A stretch of 58,248 nucleotides of DNA, filler included, from Sphacelaria rigidula (Eukaryota): NCBI GenBank assembly GCA_964200075.2. It is 6 parts of 6 records of this genome, joined end to end, with 100 filler letters (N's around TTAATTAATTAA, not from the genome) between each part and the next. Parts side by side here need not be neighbours in the genome. Positions count along the whole stretch, not along the records: positions 19,453 to 29,076 come from CAXNAA020008077.1; positions 29,177 to 38,800 come from CAXNAA020008078.1; 4 more parts are not named here. One strand, given 5' to 3'. Below are positions 24,101-37,280 of the stretch, piece by piece. The notes below the pieces were generated by a model. It did not search any database. It was not told where the DNA came from and was given only the letters and a program-made list of their open reading frames with translations. The number at the start of each line of letters is the position of its first letter. The first letter of the stretch is position 1. The translations under genes were made by a program, and so were the position numbers.

Positions 24101-27100
24101 TTGATGTGTAGGAGGTATCGCACACGCCGAGGAGGGTGGTTGGGGGAACTGTAGGCCACGAACATTGCGGTTTGTTTCCCTTTCTGAACTGAGGCATCGA
24201 CTGCGGCTTGGTACGAAACAGGCTACATGATGCATGCGTGTTACCTGGCGGCGGAAGATACACGGCGAAGATATACAATACGAGCTCGTCGAAGGTCAAT
24301 TCCTGTTTCATCATAGTATCATCATAGCTTACGACTTTTCGACACAGTAATATGAATATGTCTTGAAGAATATGCGGCGGCTTGTAATGAGAGATTGCGA
24401 TACAGCTTGGAGGGTGTTCCTGTGATCTCGGCGACCGTTGATAGTCTGATCGTCTCCCACGTGTCGTGTCTTGTGTAAGGGAGACCTACAACCGCCACAT
24501 TGTGCTAACCTAACCGCGCTTGCACGATCCTGCTCTGTGTTGTGCACATCCATGCTAGATTCTGGTCGGCCTTGGCGACTTCGCGCGGGCTTTATCGCTA
24601 CTGCGACAGTCATCTTCACTGGAACCCGACTGTCCCCTCCCGTACGTGAACGCTGCCAGGGCCTACCTCGGCATGAACGACCTGCTTGCAGCACGAAGGT
24701 GACACCATACATTTTTTTATTTTTTATGCTTGCATGTATGGGTTCACTATGTTGTTACTACCCAACACCTGAAAATTCTGTGCAGTACAAATGTCCCCTG
24801 CCCTCTGGTATAGTGCGCCATGGGGCTTGACGGGCTTGGATCAAAAATAATCAGCGGCGTAGGACCTTCAACGCAACCGGTGCAGCATGCACGGAGAAGA
24901 AGATCTAATGGCCTGCGCTCTCAGCTAGCACGACAGTTCCTTGTATGAAGTACGAAATCACTGAGAAGTACGTTTTCTCACATGTGGGATGGCTTCATCG
25001 TTTTTACGCAACATCTCAACACCTCAATATTCTCATCCTCAGGTGTAAGAATCCCACACCCAGAAGGTCATGCAAGGTAGTCTTGCGCTACCTGCTGCCA
25101 CACCTCAGTAAGTGTCGGTAAAGTGAAGTTTAAGCAGTAAGTGACTAGTTACTAGTGAGGAACATACTTCTTTCCGTCGTGATTTATACCCAACTTGTTG
25201 GACCTCTCATCCCCATGGATGTCCTGTCGAATTTCACCGCGTGAGTTATCTGTATGCTATTTTTTGTACTTGGACGAACTCTACATTCCTCTGTGTGGCT
25301 GGCGTTTGAGTCGTTGCCTGAAACACCTTGCCCATTCGCGGGATAGTGTGTGTATGTGTGTGTGTGTTTTTGAGGTGAAGTATGTGTTTAGTTGTGATAT
25401 GGTCTACAGTACTCGTTCTTTGTGAGTCTGCTCAACTGGATGCTGCTGTGCCTCAAACGGCGTCGTTGCGAGTCCATTTATAATCTTGGTATATATAGCA
25501 GTTTGTCTAAATCCTCCGGCAAATTGTACTTCTGCTTTTTCCACACCAACACTATGGTAGATTGATCTATTAACAGGGTGTATAATATCTGGGGCATGCC
25601 TGAGTATTTCCCGGATGCTTTTTGTCGCTTCTCGACCCCACGGTGCTATTTTTTGTTTTCCGTCTCAAAATTTTGCATCCACTTCTCGTACATACGCTTC
25701 AAGTGCTTGGTCCACATATACACCAATGTGTATCGGCCTTCTCTCGTTATCCGTTGCATGCTCGGTCACCACGAAATCCGTCCCCAGAATGTACACCGTA
25801 CCGTCTACAATATTCGTGAGGGAGGTGGCGATAACAAGTTTCCCCCGTTTCGTCTTTGTCTGTCAGTACACAATGGCGTTCCCGTCCAGATGCATTACAA
25901 GTACCCCTAGTGTTTACATCCATCCAGCCTGTTAGGAATACACTTGTCAATCTGGCCATAATTGTAAATAACACCATGCGTAGTGTTTCCATATAGTGTC
26001 CCACGACAATTTGTTTCAACGCTGCCGTCATCGGTTCGGGAGGAATGGAACTAACTACTTGCCACGCTGGGTTGTCCTCTAACGTACCTCCTACAGTACT
26101 TGCTACATGGTTTTTGACGTGATGCGGGTATTTGACAAATTTGTTGACTATCCATATACAGTACTGCAGTGTCTTGCTCATATTCTTCGTACTCAATGAT
26201 TTTGGGTGTTGGGTAAGCTCGTTGTGTGTGCCTACATCTAGCGGTAAAGTACCTTCACCATTAATTTGTGTCCATCATGCCTTCTGTGGATTGAGTTCTG
26301 CGCTGCCAGTCTTCGTGTCCGAAAATTCTGCCTACTCGCATGTCGGTGTACAATATTTTGAATTCAGCAAAGTGTCCTGATTTCGGTTTTCTCTCAATTA
26401 CAGAGCGTGCTGTTTCTATTTTCGTGTTATATCCATGTCTCGGGTCTCAAGTGTTCCAATCTGTGAGTCCAAAAAAACAGACCCTGACTTCCTTGGTTTC
26501 CTGCTCTGTTTTGCCCCCAACCCTTTCGAAGGGAATAGCAATAAAGTTGCTCAAGTGTTCCTCTGTTATCGCTGTGTGTAATATATCCCTCTCGTTGTCA
26601 CGGTAAGCATCCTCACGTATACCCATATAGGTTTACCTGCTTGTATCTTGTTCACCTTCGGGTTTTCTGTGTTGTACATGGTCCAGTACATGGTAATGTA
26701 TCCCGGTGGTTGTGGTCGAGGTGGTGGGGGCTGTGCGTCTATCCTCTCCGCTATCCATGGTGCCACACATCTACCATCCATCTCCTCCTGGTTGCGGGTA
26801 GTCCACACCTTCCCCTACTCTGAGATTATCACTCAGTGCTATGAGCCATTTTACTTCTTGTATTTATCATCCGATGTAGTATTGGCAATTGAATGGTAAG
26901 CATACACTTTGCTGCTGAAGTGGTCGTATCTTTGGAGTGTTTTTTCCCGTTTATCCGATCTGTTTAACTGTAGTTCTCGTCTTCGTTTACGTCCAGAGGT
27001 ATGCTACTGATAAGCCCGCAGTGATGTATATAGCTTACTTGTATGTAGTGATTATGTAGGTTGTTATGTGTGAGGGCACTGTTTGATTAAGGTATTGACC

Positions 27101-28694
27101 ACCGGAATAGGCGATCTGCTTTTCAGCAGTTTTCCTGGTGAAAACGGTGACAATTCAACAAATAACATGCCCTGGACGTTCATAGTATTGAGAGCCGTGT
27201 TCGGTAACGGCACACTTCTCTAACGTTCTCAGTATATGTCAGTCTTACATAGTGCGTTCGTTTTGTTGACGTCATATGACTGCATAATTTTCCCGCAACC
27301 CATTTTTTCCTCATGACGTGGGTAGCAGTTTCTGCCCAATTGGTGTAGACCTTGGATATTTTAGTTGAAACCTGCTTGTACGATTTTGTTTCTATATGTC
27401 CTTATCCTACATCCTTTCCTGGACCCACGCAACAGGGGCGTCCCTCCTTTTGCCTTTTCTTTCCTCGTCTTCCTTTTCATGTCCATTCTTTCCGGGACTG
27501 GTACTATATCTTAGCCTGGCGTCTGCGCTGTCCTTCCCCTTTGATGTCCTCTCATGTCCGCCCATCTCTTTTCCCATTTGAGATTTACTTTGCTCTCTAT
27601 TCGTTGTGCATCTATTCGTCGTCGTTCCCCCTCCTCGAGTTTCCTTTGGCGACTGTTGGCAACTTTTCACCTTTGCTAGTCGATTTCGTGACCACGGCTT
27701 GTGATCAGCTTAGATCAGTTCCATGCGCGACAATCAATTGATAAATCAGTTGATCGATTCGCCACACTCCACCCCGAATATCCGCTGCTAGACGACACCG
27801 CTCTGACCAGACGGGGGCGTGCCTGCTTAGCATGCAAATCTGATGCGTTTGTGTTTGTAGATGCTCTCTTCGTTCTCCCTTACCGACCGCTGGCTTCTGT
27901 AAAAAAAAAGGTGTCTGAAAAGGCTGAAAGGCAACGTGCTTACGTGAAAGATGTGACGATTGACGATTGTATGTCGGTACAGAATGGTGAATTTTCCTCG
28001 GGACGCAATAGGATAAAAATGGCGCCACGAGGTGTCACAATTTTTGTCACCAATCAATTGGGGGTTCCGCATAGGCCAGTGTCCTCCTGTCAACTTACTC
28101 GTACGTGCCTCACGAAAGATCGCAAGCGCCCTCGCAAGTTCCCAGTAACAGCTCACCTCATGGCTGGGAACCAGTGCACGTTTGTTGGATATGACATGGT
28201 ATTTGCTGGGCGTTGATGATGTGTTCGCGCGCACTATCCGTCGACAGGCACTTGGAACGAGGGCAAGAGTTGGATCCAGAGTACCCGGGGGCGTTTATGG
28301 ATATGGGCCAGCTTCTGATGCAGGAAGGCCGACCTGCTGAAGCTCTTACTATGTGAGGGCACCACAAGTGTAAGCAGACCGGCTCGCTGGGTTGAGAGTC
28401 GAAGTTTGCCTGGGATGGACTACTCGTTGTTCGAGCCCTCTCATGCTCATCAGCGGCACCAAATGCGTACTTGTGTGTGATATATTCCAGATGCGCATAG
28501 CTTTTCGCTTGGCTGTCGTTCCGCTCTTTTGTCCTGATTCTTATTTCGTGCCACTTTGTCTCTGCGACAGGTACGTCCGTGGAATAGAACGAGCACGCTT
28601 CCCGTCAGAGATCCACGAGGCCATGTCGAGCCACGAGGTGGCCAAGTGTCATCTCGAGGCGCAACGGTTGTTACATCAGGAGGTGGCGTTTTGA
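20302..28694 (+). CDS. TOM70: Mitochondrial import receptor Tom70-like TPR protein, 5'-partial (last 9 exons)
   Basis: Phase-consistent AG/GT exons: 20302-20414, 20799-20933, 21491-21575, 22022-22086, 22704-22845, 23466-23561, 24559-24698, 28248-28352, 28571-28694 (TGA). The spliced peptide includes ALEHHGSFLYLTGD, DADLYLHKGQ, ALQRFPESCEVLLFFAEIL, LEPDCPLPYVNAA, ELDPEYPGAFMDMGQLLMQEG and GIERARFPSEIHEA, which match the Tom70 C-terminal TPR series as recalled. Confidence 0.85.
21085..21142. repeat. Compound microsatellite (GTC)n(GTT)n
   Basis: Directly visible, intronic. Confidence 0.95.
23085..23114. repeat. (ATGAAC)n microsatellite
   Basis: Five copies, intronic. Confidence 0.9.
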
Positions 28695-28994
28695 GCGTCT
28701 TTCATGTATAATCATCGGGGAGCTTCAGGATCCCCCTATGCGAAAAATTACACCTTACACGTATTCGATGTCGCAATACACCTGTTTGGGCACCACACGT
28801 GAAGCGATTCGTGCTACTTGGGCATGAGTTTGGGGTTGCTGTGGGCCCCGCGGTATATGGCATGCTCTATCCGAGACGTCCTTCGAAGCATGTTCTCTTC
28901 GAAATAGTGCCCGCTCTCATGCCTACACTCGATGTTTTCATATTTCTTCTGGTATCCAGAACACCGTAGGTATTATACTTCTCTGAACAACGGC

Positions 28995-29076
28995 TGGGGG
29001 CAGAGATGGGGGGAGCGGGGGTGTACTCATGATCATGCATGCCATAGTCATAAGACCATTGACCTTGCATCCCTAC
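28995..29076. repeat. Modular dispersed repeat family (other copies ~35440-35602, 35850-35906, 38654-38800, 44217-44270, 47216-47275, 47463-47750, 51680-51728)
   Basis: Shared core gtactcatgatcatgcatgccatagtc...cattgacct(c/t)gcatccctac in both orientations. Contigs 3 and 4 both end inside it. Confidence 0.85.
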
Positions 29077-29176
29077 NNNNNNNNNNNNNNNNNNNNNNNN
29101 NNNNNNNNNNNNNNNNNNNNTTAATTAATTAANNNNNNNNNNNNNNNNNNNNNNNNNNNNNNNNNNNNNNNNNNNN
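29077..29176. other. Artificial contig spacer
   Basis: N44-TTAATTAATTAA-N44. Confidence 0.99.
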
Positions 29177-29245
29177 CGCGCGCGCCGCGCCCGCCCCTCG
29201 CCGGTCGGCCGGTGGCGGTGGGGGGGGCCGGGGTGCGGGGCGCGG

Positions 29246-29299
<54 letters not shown>

Positions 29300-30103
29300 A
29301 GCAGGGGTTTTGAATCAGTAGTATGGGGTGAGTACGCTCGAAAGATGCCTCCTGCGTGCATGGGGGCTTGTCATTCGTCTGTAACAGGCCCTAATGGTGC
29401 GTTATGGCCCCTGCTCGTAGTTACGGGGGGGGTTGGAAGATCATCTTCCCCGGGGTGTCTTCAGTCCTGTTGAGAAAAAACAAATGTGCCACCAGGTGAG
29501 GTAGATTGTAGGCGTTCTATTGGTATCGGCCATGTGTTCAGATTCATTGCTGCCCGACCACAAACCCCTAAAACGTCGGATAACATCCCCTTCCCGCTGA
29601 GATTGTTCGAGGGGGATGCGCTGATTTCATCCCCAGGAAAGGGAATGGAGCGGGGGGCGTGGTAAAGGGGGGGGGGGGTCACGAAGAAATGTGATGGGGG
29701 GTGAGCACTTATAAGGATGTCCTAGCTCCCGCGTGTTCAAGGGCATCGGTCGCCATTCGTCTCTGAAAGCCCATGTATGTAGCTAAAACGGTAGATAAGA
29801 CCCCCCATCCTGCTTGGGCAGGGGACAGAGCGATTTCATCCCCGGGTGGGGAAAAACGGGAGGATCGGAGATAGGTCCTTTGTTGTACATACGTTTTGTC
29901 GATGCGTTCGTCTGTTTAGGTACTTCGCCATTCATGTGTAACAGGCCAAAAACGGTAGATACCATCCGTGTTATCATGGTTGGAAGAGGGGAAGCGTTCA
30001 TCAAACCCCCGGGTGAGGAACTAATTTTTTATTCTTTCTGCCAAGAACACTTCTTCATCATTCGAACGAATTCTGCCCACTGGTGATGATTTGTTTTTTC
30101 AAG

Positions 30104-30340
30104 GGTGTGTTGGATAGGGTATTTCCGAAATTTGGGTATGTTGAAAATCGTACTCTAAAAGCACCCAAAATTGGGTATTGAGATCGTACACAACAATTCC
30201 TAGATATTGAGTATATTGGGTAAGAACAAGGCGATCGTACCTGGCTCTTTCCAATTCTTGGGTAGAATTTGAAGTTCGGACCATCGCGGCACAAAATTCG
30301 CGAGAGTGAATACCCGGGTATTTACCTTACCCAACACAAC
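30104..30340. mobile_element. Probable small MITE
   Basis: Imperfect TIRs ggtgtgttggatagggta / taccttacccaacacaac with internal ttgggta repeats. Confidence 0.5.
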
Positions 30341-31937
30341 TGTTCCTTCTTTTCTTTAGAGCGTGTTTCGGTTTCAGTTTTCTCGGGTACGTCTATCATG
30401 AGACTATGGCTGGACCCCCTGGGGGTTCAGTTAGAGTGCGACAATCAAATCAGTCAACCCTTGAAGAGCTCGCGTGTACGGTAGAGAGCAGCAAACATCT
30501 GCAGCAGCAGCAATACGGAGACAGTGAAAAAGAAAGTATGATTAAGACGATGTGATGTACGTGAAGGCAGCAAAACACGCTCAAGGTGTGCCGGCCCTGC
30601 CCCCGAATTTCCAGGACTTTTGCAAAAACATAAATAGGATCAGGACACGTGATAACATGAATCGCAGCGATGGCGACTGCCAGCGTGCGCCACACGCAAG
30701 CCATAAAACACGCAAAAAAAAAAAATCATGGAACTCACCAAAATGAAAAAATGCTCACCGAAGAAATTTATTTTGACTTTGGATACGCTCGGCTTGTGGC
30801 TCAAAACTGGTCAGGGGTTCTCCGGGACTAAAGCCTATATACAGATAGATATAAGTCCAACATCCTCCTTCCTGTATGTGAAAAAAATACCGTTTCGCCG
30901 TTCGAAACCGAAACAAAACAGCTGTTCTGAATACAAAATGTGGCAACAGGTCATCTGAGGTCACCTGCGAGGGGGGTCCGCGGTCAACCGGTCAGTGAGT
31001 TCCATAATGTATCCTGTCGAACTCGAAAATCTCGAAAACGCGGCCTGAAGCACATGTGTCCTGCGGCGGAAGGTGCTGCTGCTGTGTTCGGAACGTTGCT
31101 AACCCTTTGACCGCCGCGGTTGGTGATCCGGGCCATGCACTCATCCTTCGAGTCAAGGCGGTGCCGATTCAACGGATGAATTGCCCACCCTGGGTCTCAA
31201 ATGTTGACCCTAAAAAGAGCGGTATGTGCGATAATCGCTGGGAGAAGCCTAGATCTAAATCTTTATTCAGGCTTTTGCTCGGTTGTCATAACACTCGGTT
31301 CCCTCGGGATGCAGGGAAACGTTTGTGCGCGCGGTACGCGGTGCCGCAATACTTTTTCTACTCAAATCGGCGCCGCGGGACAATGCATCCTGTGACTTCG
31401 TAGAACGCGGTCGCTGCCTCGAGAGTTCGGTCGGTCTGCCTTCGTCGCGGATGGGATTGCGGTTAGCGTCAGAATTCCAATTGGGTCAGTCTGTGTAGTA
31501 GAAGAATTCAGTCGTGTGTTTTGGGGCCCGAGACGGTGAACAGGTCCCGGGGGCAGTAAAAAATAGTGTCAGCTCCTTCGCCATAATATGATATTGTGAA
31601 AAATGAGTACTCACAACTCCCATTACAAAATATGTCATCCTGTGTATCCTATCTTTCCCACCCTCTTCCCTCCTCCCCTTCCAGTAGGCATGAACAATGG
31701 TTCCAAGATCAAAGACATGGGGCAAATTTGACAAGTCCCTGGAAGTGTTTGATAAACCCCTGCACTGGGAATATCTGATAACCTCCTGCCCCCCCCGTGG
31801 ATATCCGTTTGCACCCTGGCGCCCATATTCACATTATACACTACCATACCCCGGATGTTTTTATTTTCTGTGAACGAAAACTCATCTGTACTACAACACA
31901 AAGGTAATACGCACAACGTGATCGCGAGATACCACAC

Positions 31938-33410
31938 CTCGATCTCCGACGCATTATTCCAGCTGCCCTCACGTACGTCCCCGCAATCGCTGCCGCCCCC
32001 GCCGCGCCGGCGGCGACCGTTAGGTTCCACCGATATTGCTGATGAACTGACCGAAATCTTGGGTGTTGCGGCCGGGAAAACACGACGCGCTCCTCCCGCA
32101 GAGGGATCACGAGCCCGAAGATCCGGGCGAACGAAAAAAAAGAGAACGTCACGATCGTGGTCTTGTCTCCTCCTCTTCATGTTCCCCGGCCTTTGGGTAT
32201 GTTCACCGGGGTCTCTGTCGTCGCGGGCGACAGGGCTGGAGCCTTTTGGTACAGCGGCTTCGCAAGCGGCAAAGTCGGCAGCCCCAGCAGGAGCAGCAAT
32301 ATCACAGGATGCACGGGTACTGTCAGCACCAGCGTCAACAGTAGCACCAGCAGTAGCACCAGCAGCGGCAGCAGCGGCGGCGGCACAGGTGCTACTCGTT
32401 GCTATATCAACCGCACCATCGCCATCATCCCCAGCAGTAGCAGCGACATGAACGAGAGGACGGGTAACAGCCCGCGACAGCGACTTCTCCACGAATGTCG
32501 GCAACGATGCCACCGTGAGATGCGCAAAACCCTCCGCCTTGGCAGCCATCGGCCGCCCAACCGGCACCCGAGGCCCGGCCGTCCATCGGTGTTCCCACTC
32601 CCCCACGCTCCGCTTCGTCCCGGGTAGCACCACACCCGTCCCCGCACCCGATTTATCATCCCCCTCGTCGTGCTCAGGCCGCGGCGACACCGTTACCATC
32701 ACTCCTCCTCTTCCCTGGTCGGGTAAGCCACTATTGGGAGTACCACTTTCAGTACCGCACACCACTCCTCTCCGCGGCCCACGGCCACGAACAGCACCGA
32801 CGCCATGCAAGCAACCACTATCCTTGTCGAGCACCGCTACTTCTAAGGTACTTCTCCCTCTGCGGCACTTGCCATCATCACCAACAGCGGTGGCATGAAC
32901 ATCCTCGGCATCGTCTTTGCGCCGTTGGTCTGGCGCGGCGCTCATTGCTCCAGCACGGACGAGGAAGTCTTTTTGTTCACCGAAACATTCTCGTCGGGGC
33001 GGTCGTCGCCCCCTCCTCCGTCGCTGCCACTCCTGCGAGGCCGGCATCGAGATTCTTCGCTCGTGTTCTTGTCGGCCGGCCGCAGTTGGACTCTTCTCTT
33101 CCCCCCTCTGCTCCTTCGGGGCAGCAACACTCGTCACCTTTTCCGCCTCCGCCTCCGCCTCCGCAGCCGCAGCAGCAGCAACAGTGGGATTCCCGATTTC
33201 TCTCGGCAGCACCTGCTGCCACGTAGCGGCGGCGGAAGGGGGGGCGGTGGCAGCGGCGGCGGCGGCGGCAGCGGGGGCGGCTGCGGCGGCCGTGCCAACG
33301 CGTGCTCGTGCCGCTTTGAGCGATCCAGGTGTAAGGTGCGGCGTGAACGTAGTGGCCGCAAGAGATGCGCCGTTTCTTTGGGTGCGTTGTCCTTCCTCCT
33401 CTTTCGCAGC
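31938..33410 (-). CDS. Large low-complexity exon (491 codons), probably the C-terminal extension of the TRM1 gene
   Basis: Lies within the 627-aa ORF 31635-33518. Acceptor tcgcag at 33411-33416 and donor gtgtgg at 31937, phase 0. Same strand as TRM1 and downstream of it; the linkage is inferred. Confidence 0.6.
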
Positions 33411-33639
33411 CTGCGATTTGTTTTTCGTATATAGGTACATGTGTATCATTCCACATTTTTGACCACTTTTGCCGAGTTTTCTCTGGCGGCAAGATATCCG
33501 CTTTCTTTTGCAGTGCACTAGGAACGCTCAGCGATACATTACCGTTTAGGTTTGGGCGTCATCTGATACCTGTGGCGTATGTTCTGGCGACCGGAAGTCG
33601 CTCAAACTAGCCCTTTCTCGCGGGGTATCGATCCCAAAC

Positions 33640-33729
33640 CACAAAAGCCTTTTCAAGATCATGGAAAACTTGAAACAGGAACCTTGATCACAAAAGCCTG
33701 TGGAAGATCATGAAAAATCTGAAACAGGA
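33640..33729. repeat. 49-bp tandem duplication
   Basis: cacaaaagcct...aagatcatg.aaa...tgaaacagga occurs twice. Confidence 0.75.
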
Positions 33730-34067
33730 TTACTTTTGGCGAGGTATTTCTTCGCCGAGTTTCTCTTTGTCACGTTCCCGTTCATTTAGGAGCATGGACA
33801 CACCGGTTACGCCGCCAATATCACGAGAACATGAGAGCAAAGCAGTTGGAAACAATTGAACATTGCCTTGGCCTTAGTCACAGCGGCAAACACAAGACCG
33901 TGCAATGGGCCGTTGGCGAGTTGAACAAGGCACAGCAGCATGGCAGCACAGGAATGTTTTGTCGCAAAAAATAATCACCCCGCTTCAAAAAAAGGCCCCG
34001 TGATGTGGAAGCCACAGTGATGTGCAATCGTTTCAGACAAGAACTACCACTCTGCGGAATATATGGC

Positions 34068-34110
34068 TAGGTAGGTAGGTAGGTAGGTAGGTAGGTAGGT
34101 AGGTAGGTAG
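34068..34110. repeat. (TAGG)n microsatellite
   Basis: About 11 copies. Confidence 0.95.
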
Positions 34111-35646
34111 TCTTGTACAGATTGGACCCCAGATCTGCACGCCGGTTCAGAAACACGGCGGGTCTGGAAGTGGTCGTTAGGCAAAGGTCTGTGTAGCGCT
34201 GCAGACAAGACGCGATAAGGCAACACAACATCTACACATCCAGCCCCCAAAAAAGACGCGCAGACACCCACCACTCACGCGCATTGGTTTCACTGCTAGC
34301 CCTTGCTAATCCACACACGGCAGTCTTGGTTTGACGGAAACCCGTCCTGTGTTGGACGAATGGCAGCCGCGTGCGTGTCAAAAACAACCGAACACGTGTC
34401 GTTGCTGACCGTTTTGTAAGCGTGTGCTGTGCGCACGTCTCACGCAAACCATCATTTCTCAATGAAAACTGAACAGATTTGAGCAAGGTCACGCACAACG
34501 TGCACCACTGATGAGCAGCTAGGCATATGCCACACATGTCGAAATTATGGCCGCCCAACAATTGTACAACCTTCACACTCGTGTGTTATTCAAGTTGGTC
34601 AACCTTATACGGGAGCCACCAGCCGAAAACGCATGCGATGTTTTATACAGTCACGATCACTTCTGTACATTGACATACAACAGCCTCTCTCAACCATATA
34701 TTTTCGACTTGCGTCACCCCCGGGAGGCCCGTACCATCCTCCCGAAGGGGAACCCTGTATATATACATATATACATATATTGAAAATGGTGAGTTTTCTA
34801 GTAGATCGTTGTGTGTGCGCCTGGGTTGTTCCGTCGCTACGTATATGCAACAATAAAGGAGTAATGAGCGCGTACTGCACGCGTGCGCTCGTGAGTCTTG
34901 TGGGAGAGCCAGTTGCCTTCCCTCCATGTTTTTTGGCATGTTTGAAGTTTCATGGGTTGTAGTCATAGCTGAAAACGGCTCGAGGTAATCCGTCTTCTTC
35001 ACGTACTTACTGCTCCCGTCCCCGCCCCCCCCTCCAAAAAAAGCTACATCTTTGACGACCGCGGTAAAGAAATGTACATAATCCTGTGCCAAGTAACGAA
35101 TATTCTCGAGACTCGCGCGGTTCGAGGAACCCTGATTCAAGGGCGGTGGCGGGTGACCTCCGGAAAGTCTCGGCGATCCTTCTTCGAAGAAACGGCCATG
35201 CCTCGCACGTACAGCAACGGTACGGTAGAAGCAACACCAACGCGCTTGGAAACCACCTGCGAGCGACATCGTTGGCCGGCGGCCGGAAAGGGCTGGATCT
35301 TCGGGAACCGCCGACCTTTGATATTCCGGGGGCCCATATGGGAAGTGCTACGAGTATGTCACCACAGACCTCGAAGGATAGCGGCGACAGAACACAAGAT
35401 ATATGGCTACGTTTGTAACCCCCCACACACACACTGCGATGCGGTGGTCCGTCTCGAAAGGGATGCGTGGCCAACGGTCAAACGACTAAGGCAAGCAACA
35501 AATGAGTACGCCCCCCCTTCCACTGTGCTCCGTCTCGAAAGGGATGCGTGATCAATGGTCAAACGACGAAGGCAAGCGACAAATGAGTACGCCCCCCCCC
35601 CACTGCAACGGCCAAATATTCGGGCTGCACACGGTACCGAACGAAC

Positions 35647-37280
35647 CTGTGCGGCAGCAGCTCTTTCGAGGGCGGCCACCACAGCGGAGAATGGTGCATG
35701 CGTCTTTATCGCGCGGGGTTCGATATGAGAGCCGGAGCAAACGTATCCTGCTGTCGTCAGTTCCGCCTGAGGATTCACGAAAAAAACACGAGTTCAGGAA
35801 CAACAGACATCGTAAGAGGGACGGGGGACGGGAGGGTTGGGGGGAGGTGGGGGGGGGCGTGCTCATTCGTCCCTTGCCTTAGTCGTTTGACTATTGACCA
35901 CACATCACAGCCGCCCTTCCCACCACCGCCGGCGCAGGCGCCGCCTAACAACAACGGCAACAACAACAAAACCAGAAATCATTGCTAGCTCTTCCGCCCC
36001 TAACCTTACCACGCACTCACCCGGACAGCCTCTACTGTCGGCAGATGCATCCCCGTCACCCCCCTTGAACCACCTTTATCACCGCCGCTTCCGCCCAGCT
36101 CTCGTGCTGCCGTCGGAGCAGCAGCAGCAACATCAGGCAGTGAGTAATAGAACGGGCAGTCGTCAAGCTCCCTGGACAACGTTTCCAACAAGAAGCGAAG
36201 CCGCCTTCGCGTGCTCAGAGCCACGACAGAAGTCCCGTTCTCCGATGACCGGCAGTTCACGCAGTCGTCCCGGCCGCCCGCGCTCTCACCGCCGACCCCA
36301 ACGCCCCCAGCTCCGCTCCTGTCATCCGTACCATACTCACCAACCTGTTCGCAGCCGCCGGCATCGAGCTTGCTTCCAGTAGCAGTAGCAGTAGCAGTAG
36401 CGGTAGCAGTGGCAGCAGCAGCAGAGGTATCGGCCAACCCGCTGTCGTCGGGTAGCGAGTTTGGTGTCGCGGTTGGACATTGAAGGAGAGATGAAGCAGA
36501 GCTGGCGGGTGCTTCAAGGGTAGGGGGTAGTTGTGGTGGGTAGTGGATGTTACACGAAGGAGATACGAAGGAATGCGTATCGGTTGGCCCCGACGGTGGC
36601 GATGGCGGTGGCGGCGGTGGCGGCGGTGGCGGCGGTGGCGGCGGCGGCGACGGTTGCGTCCCAACTTCTTCCAAGACGGAGGCAAGAAACTGAGAGTGGA
36701 AAAGGGGACCGGACCAAAACGGTCCCAGGGCGAGATACGCGTCCTCGTTGATATTTAGGGTGTTGTGACTTTGGGTATAACTACCCTCGTTGTCCTCCTC
36801 CTCATCCTTACAAACAGCACCATCGTCATGATCACGACCGCTCCCAACACCATCACCAACGCTCACGCATAGCTGGTGTTGGCCGGAGGCCGTGCTCCGC
36901 TTCCGTTCCCCCTTGCCGCCGCTGCCTCCGCTGCTCGGACACGCCGACGAAGCAGCGGCGGTCCCAGTATTTTTGACGAATCGAAGTACCCTCCCGTTCT
37001 CCTTCTTGCAGCGATCGCGCGATGAACCTCTGTCGCTGTCGGCGCTGCTACTGCCGCCGCCGCCGCCGCCGCCGCCCGCCTTCGGTGATGGCGCATTAGC
37101 GCCAGCGGAGGCAGCGACCATGTCAGCATTGCAGGTGAAAAACTCAGGAGAGTGCCGACACTGACTCACCATGTGCGGTGCTTTTGGGGATGCGGGGATT
37201 GGAACATTCGGTACAGTGTCCAGAGAGGATGTACCCCAGCAATGTCCTTCTCCGGGCACGACCATCACGAACAACCGGAC
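35647..37280 (-). CDS. TRM1: tRNA (guanine26-N2)-dimethyltransferase, C-terminal exons (partial gene)
   Basis: Exons 36021-37280 (420 codons) and 35647-35766 (40 codons), AG/GT bounded, phase 0. Motifs VRLFVMV, LGPFWSGPLFHSQFL, STRRRLRFLLETLSRELDDCPFYYSL and AGYVCSGSHIEPRAIKTHAP are characteristic of Trm1. The SAM-binding N-terminal exons were not found in this contig. Confidence 0.88.

Noticed and set aside
29177..29298. Poly-G tracts (also 1-30) as G-quadruplex regulatory elements
   Set aside because: They lie at contig edges where homopolymer and sequencing artefacts are likely; length and context are unreliable.
31855..33492. Many overlapping plus-strand and alternative-frame ORFs in GC-rich regions (also 6632-7561, 12956-13618, 54642-55352)
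   Set aside because: Shadows of GC-rich or low-complexity coding sequence with no independent motifs.
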